Source: a candidate division WOR-3 bacterium
GTDB taxonomy: Bacteria > Hydrothermota > Tepidihabitantia > Tepidihabitantales > Tepidihabitantaceae
DNA: 64,000 nt
NCBI GenBank assembly: GCA_039801225.1
Contig: JBDRUH010000001.1
Span: forward strand, 18,989-82,988
Direction: 5' to 3'
Shown here: piece by piece, positions 61,882-64,000 of the stretch
Numbering within the stretch: position 1 is the stretch's first letter
Layout: each line of letters opens with the position of its first letter
Position numbers and translations under genes: made by a program
The notes under the pieces: generated by a model
Told to the model about the DNA's origin: nothing
The model's database searches: none
The model's input: the letters and a program-made list of their open reading frames with translations, nothing else

Positions 61882-62500
61882 AATAGTTTTGGCTTTTAGC
61901 TGTTGGGTTTTTGCCCTCGGTTGTTGGCTGAGAACTGTCGGCGGTTGCGGTCTCTGGCTCCCGGGCGGCAAGGAATGCCTCCAGTTCTTCCAGTCTGGGA
62001 AGTTCGTCAAGGGATTCAAGCCCGAAGTAACGGAGAAACTCCTTTGTCGTGCGATAGAGGAATGGATTACCCGGGCGGTGTGCCCGTCCGGCGGTAACAA
62101 TCAAGCCCCGTTCTAATAGAGTGAGAATCGGTCCGGAGGAGTCAACGCCGCGCAGTTTTTCTATCTCCGGTCTGGTCACCGGCTGCTGGTAGGCGATAAT
62201 GGCAAGGACCTCAAGTGCGGCGGCTGAGAGGCGTTGAACCCGGTTGTGCTGATATAATTTTCTTATCCAATCGGCATATTCGGGGAGGGTGTAAAGTTGG
62301 TAACCATGGGCTACCCGGTTAATGCGAAATGTTCTGCCGGTCTCAGTATAACTTTGATTGAGGTTGTAGATCGCCTGTCTTATTGGCTCTTCCCCAAACC
62401 CGGTAATTTCCACCAACCGGTTAATTGAAACCGGTTGTTCGGCAGCGAAAAGCAGCGCCTCAATAACCCGTTCAACATCTGCTGTCGGCTCTCGGTTCAC
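61835..62500 (-). CDS. scpB: SMC-Scp complex subunit ScpB
   Basis: IEALLFAAEQP, LSAAALEVLAIIAYQQPVTRPEIEKLRGVDS, TTKEFLRYFGL.SLDELP. Confidence 0.95.
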   Translation of the reverse strand: MNREPTADVERVIEALLFAAEQPVSINRLVEITGFGEEPIRQAIYNLNQSYTETGRTFRINRVAHGYQLYTLPEYADWIRKLYQHNRVQRLSAAALEVLAIIAYQQPVTRPEIEKLRGVDSSGPILTLLERGLIVTAGRAHRPGNPFLYRTTKEFLRYFGLESLDELPRLEELEAFLAAREPETATADSSQPTTEGKNPTAKSQNYYEARPTDYRNSCPSS

Positions 62501-63720
62501 GGTTGTTGGCGTCGGGTTAGCCGAAAACGGGTAAGAAGTGCGGTCACGGCAATACGGAGGTCTTTCTGGTCAATAACGCAGGTGAGCCGGGTGGCGGTAA
62601 GGGCAAAAGCCTCCAGGTGGATTTTCGCCTGATGGAGTGTGTCAAAGGTTTCGGCAACGATTTCCATATCGGTGCCAACGCCCGGTCCGATCAGGGATAC
62701 CGAGCAGAGTTTTTCGGTGATGTTTAACCTTTTTGCACCGATTTCGGTAGTAAGTTGCTCTAAAATTGGGCGAGCCAATGGCAGCGCCGTCTTGGGAATG
62801 ATGAAAATGAGGTCAAAGTTATCGCCGTGGGGTATGCCGTGGTCAAACAGAAGAATCGGCACCCTTGCTGCGGTAAGTTTGGTTATTACCTGATGGAGAC
62901 AGCGGGGTTTCTTCTTGACATCCATCAAGGCGACCCGAACAAGTTTATGCTGGTGGGTGATTGCCCGGACAAACGCCTTTTCCAACTTTTCCTTTTCTTT
63001 CACCATAGTCCCTCGCTTGTTGTTAAATGATGAACGGATAATAAGGGGCACCCGATACTTTTCCGCCAGGGCACAGGCACGCGGATGGATGACTTCTGCC
63101 CCGGCTTGTGCCAGTTCTGCCAGTTCGGTAAAGGTGAGTTCGGGAATATGCCTTACTTGGGTAAACTCCTGCGGATTTTCGGTAAATATGCCATCCACAT
63201 CTTTAAACAGTTCACAAAGGTCAGCGCCCAAGACCGCCGCCAGCGCCACCGCAGTAACATCCGAACCACCCCGTCCCAAAGTGGTTATCTCCCGCTCGTT
63301 GCTCATCCCTTGAAATCCGGCAACAATTGGAATTTTGCCGGCCCGTAGCGCCTGAGTGAGCCGGGAGAGACGAATCTCCTCAATCCTGGCGTCGGTGTGA
63401 TAGTGGTCGGTAATAATTCCCACCTGCGAGCCGGTAAAAGACTGGGCAACTTCTCCATAACGCATTATCGCCATTGAGAGGAGCGCCATCGTCTGCCTTT
63501 CTCCGGCAGAAAGGAGCATATCCAGTTCCCGGGGAGGTGGCATAGGATGGACCTTTCGGGCAAGGCAGTAGAGCCGGTCAGTGGTATTGCCCATCGCCGA
63601 GACCACCACCACCACCTTTTTACCCGCCTGATGAGTTCCGGTGATTCGTTTTGCCACCGCCTGAATTCTTTGAATGCTCGCCAGTGAAGCGCCACCATAT
63701 TTCTGAACCACCAACCCCAT
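62497..63720 (-). CDS. lysC: Aspartate kinase
   Basis: VQKYGG, VVVSAMG, TTLGRGGSD, DVDG, ACT domains. Confidence 0.94.
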   Translation of the reverse strand: MGLVVQKYGGASLASIQRIQAVAKRITGTHQAGKKVVVVVSAMGNTTDRLYCLARKVHPMPPPRELDMLLSAGERQTMALLSMAIMRYGEVAQSFTGSQVGIITDHYHTDARIEEIRLSRLTQALRAGKIPIVAGFQGMSNEREITTLGRGGSDVTAVALAAVLGADLCELFKDVDGIFTENPQEFTQVRHIPELTFTELAELAQAGAEVIHPRACALAEKYRVPLIIRSSFNNKRGTMVKEKEKLEKAFVRAITHQHKLVRVALMDVKKKPRCLHQVITKLTAARVPILLFDHGIPHGDNFDLIFIIPKTALPLARPILEQLTTEIGAKRLNITEKLCSVSLIGPGVGTDMEIVAETFDTLHQAKIHLEAFALTATRLTCVIDQKDLRIAVTALLTRFRLTRRQQP

Positions 63721-63722
63721 AC

Positions 63723-64000
63723 TTATTTCCTGCTGACGGTCGATTTTAACCAGCGACCGATGCGCTCGGCGGCGATGAGAAGTTGTGATTGTGGCGCAAC
63801 CAGGGCAAACCGAACAAACCCCTCACCGGCATTGCCAAAACCAACTCCCGGGGCACCGAGCACCCGGCAACTCTTAAGCATTTCCTTAACAAAACTGTAG
63901 GAGGTTGAACCATTTTCCTTCTTATTCCAGAAATCCGGGAGTTTTGCCCAGATGTAGAAAGTTGCTTCCGGAGGCTTTACCCGCCAGCCCTGGCGGTTGA
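63723..64000 (-). CDS. Class I/II PLP aminotransferase, C-terminal part (5' end outside window)
   Basis: PEATFYIWAKLP...APGVGFGNAGEGFVRFAL; LL-DAP-aminotransferase-like and next to lysC. Confidence 0.8.
   Translation of the reverse strand, partial: NRQGWRVKPPEATFYIWAKLPDFWNKKENGSTSYSFVKEMLKSCRVLGAPGVGFGNAGEGFVRFALVAPQSQLLIAAERIGRWLKSTVSRK

Overview
Bacterial chromosomal segment, mostly housekeeping genes: lysS, fhs, purH (N-half only), purM, xerD, nadB, tadA, guaB, grpE-dnaK-dnaJ-rsmE-rpsU-mutS2-dnaG-rpoD, rsmI, hflX, frameshifted prfB, rpmE, rho, nnr, fusA, der, alaS, scpB, lysC. It also has three tRNAs, one complete IS1202/ISNCY-type insertion sequence, several secreted proteins with a T9SS-type C-terminal domain, and a frameshifted TonB-dependent receptor. 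The style of the C-terminal domains suggests an FCB-related lineage such as WOR-3 (inference only). The most unusual signal is non-coding: three ~350-400 bp AT-rich elements (7.1-7.5, 26.4-26.8, 50.2-50.6 kb) share one architecture of an 18-bp palindrome, a ~70-bp spacer, a G/C block and a 12-bp-phased degenerate array. Two of them are clear homologues whose arrays align without indels, and both lie beside orphan secretion-signal gene remnants. The window is also full of nested REP-like palindromes and 7-mer arrays that have entered coding sequences in frame. Many genes look leaderless and many promoters have 16-bp spacers. All calls were made by eye; no searches were run.
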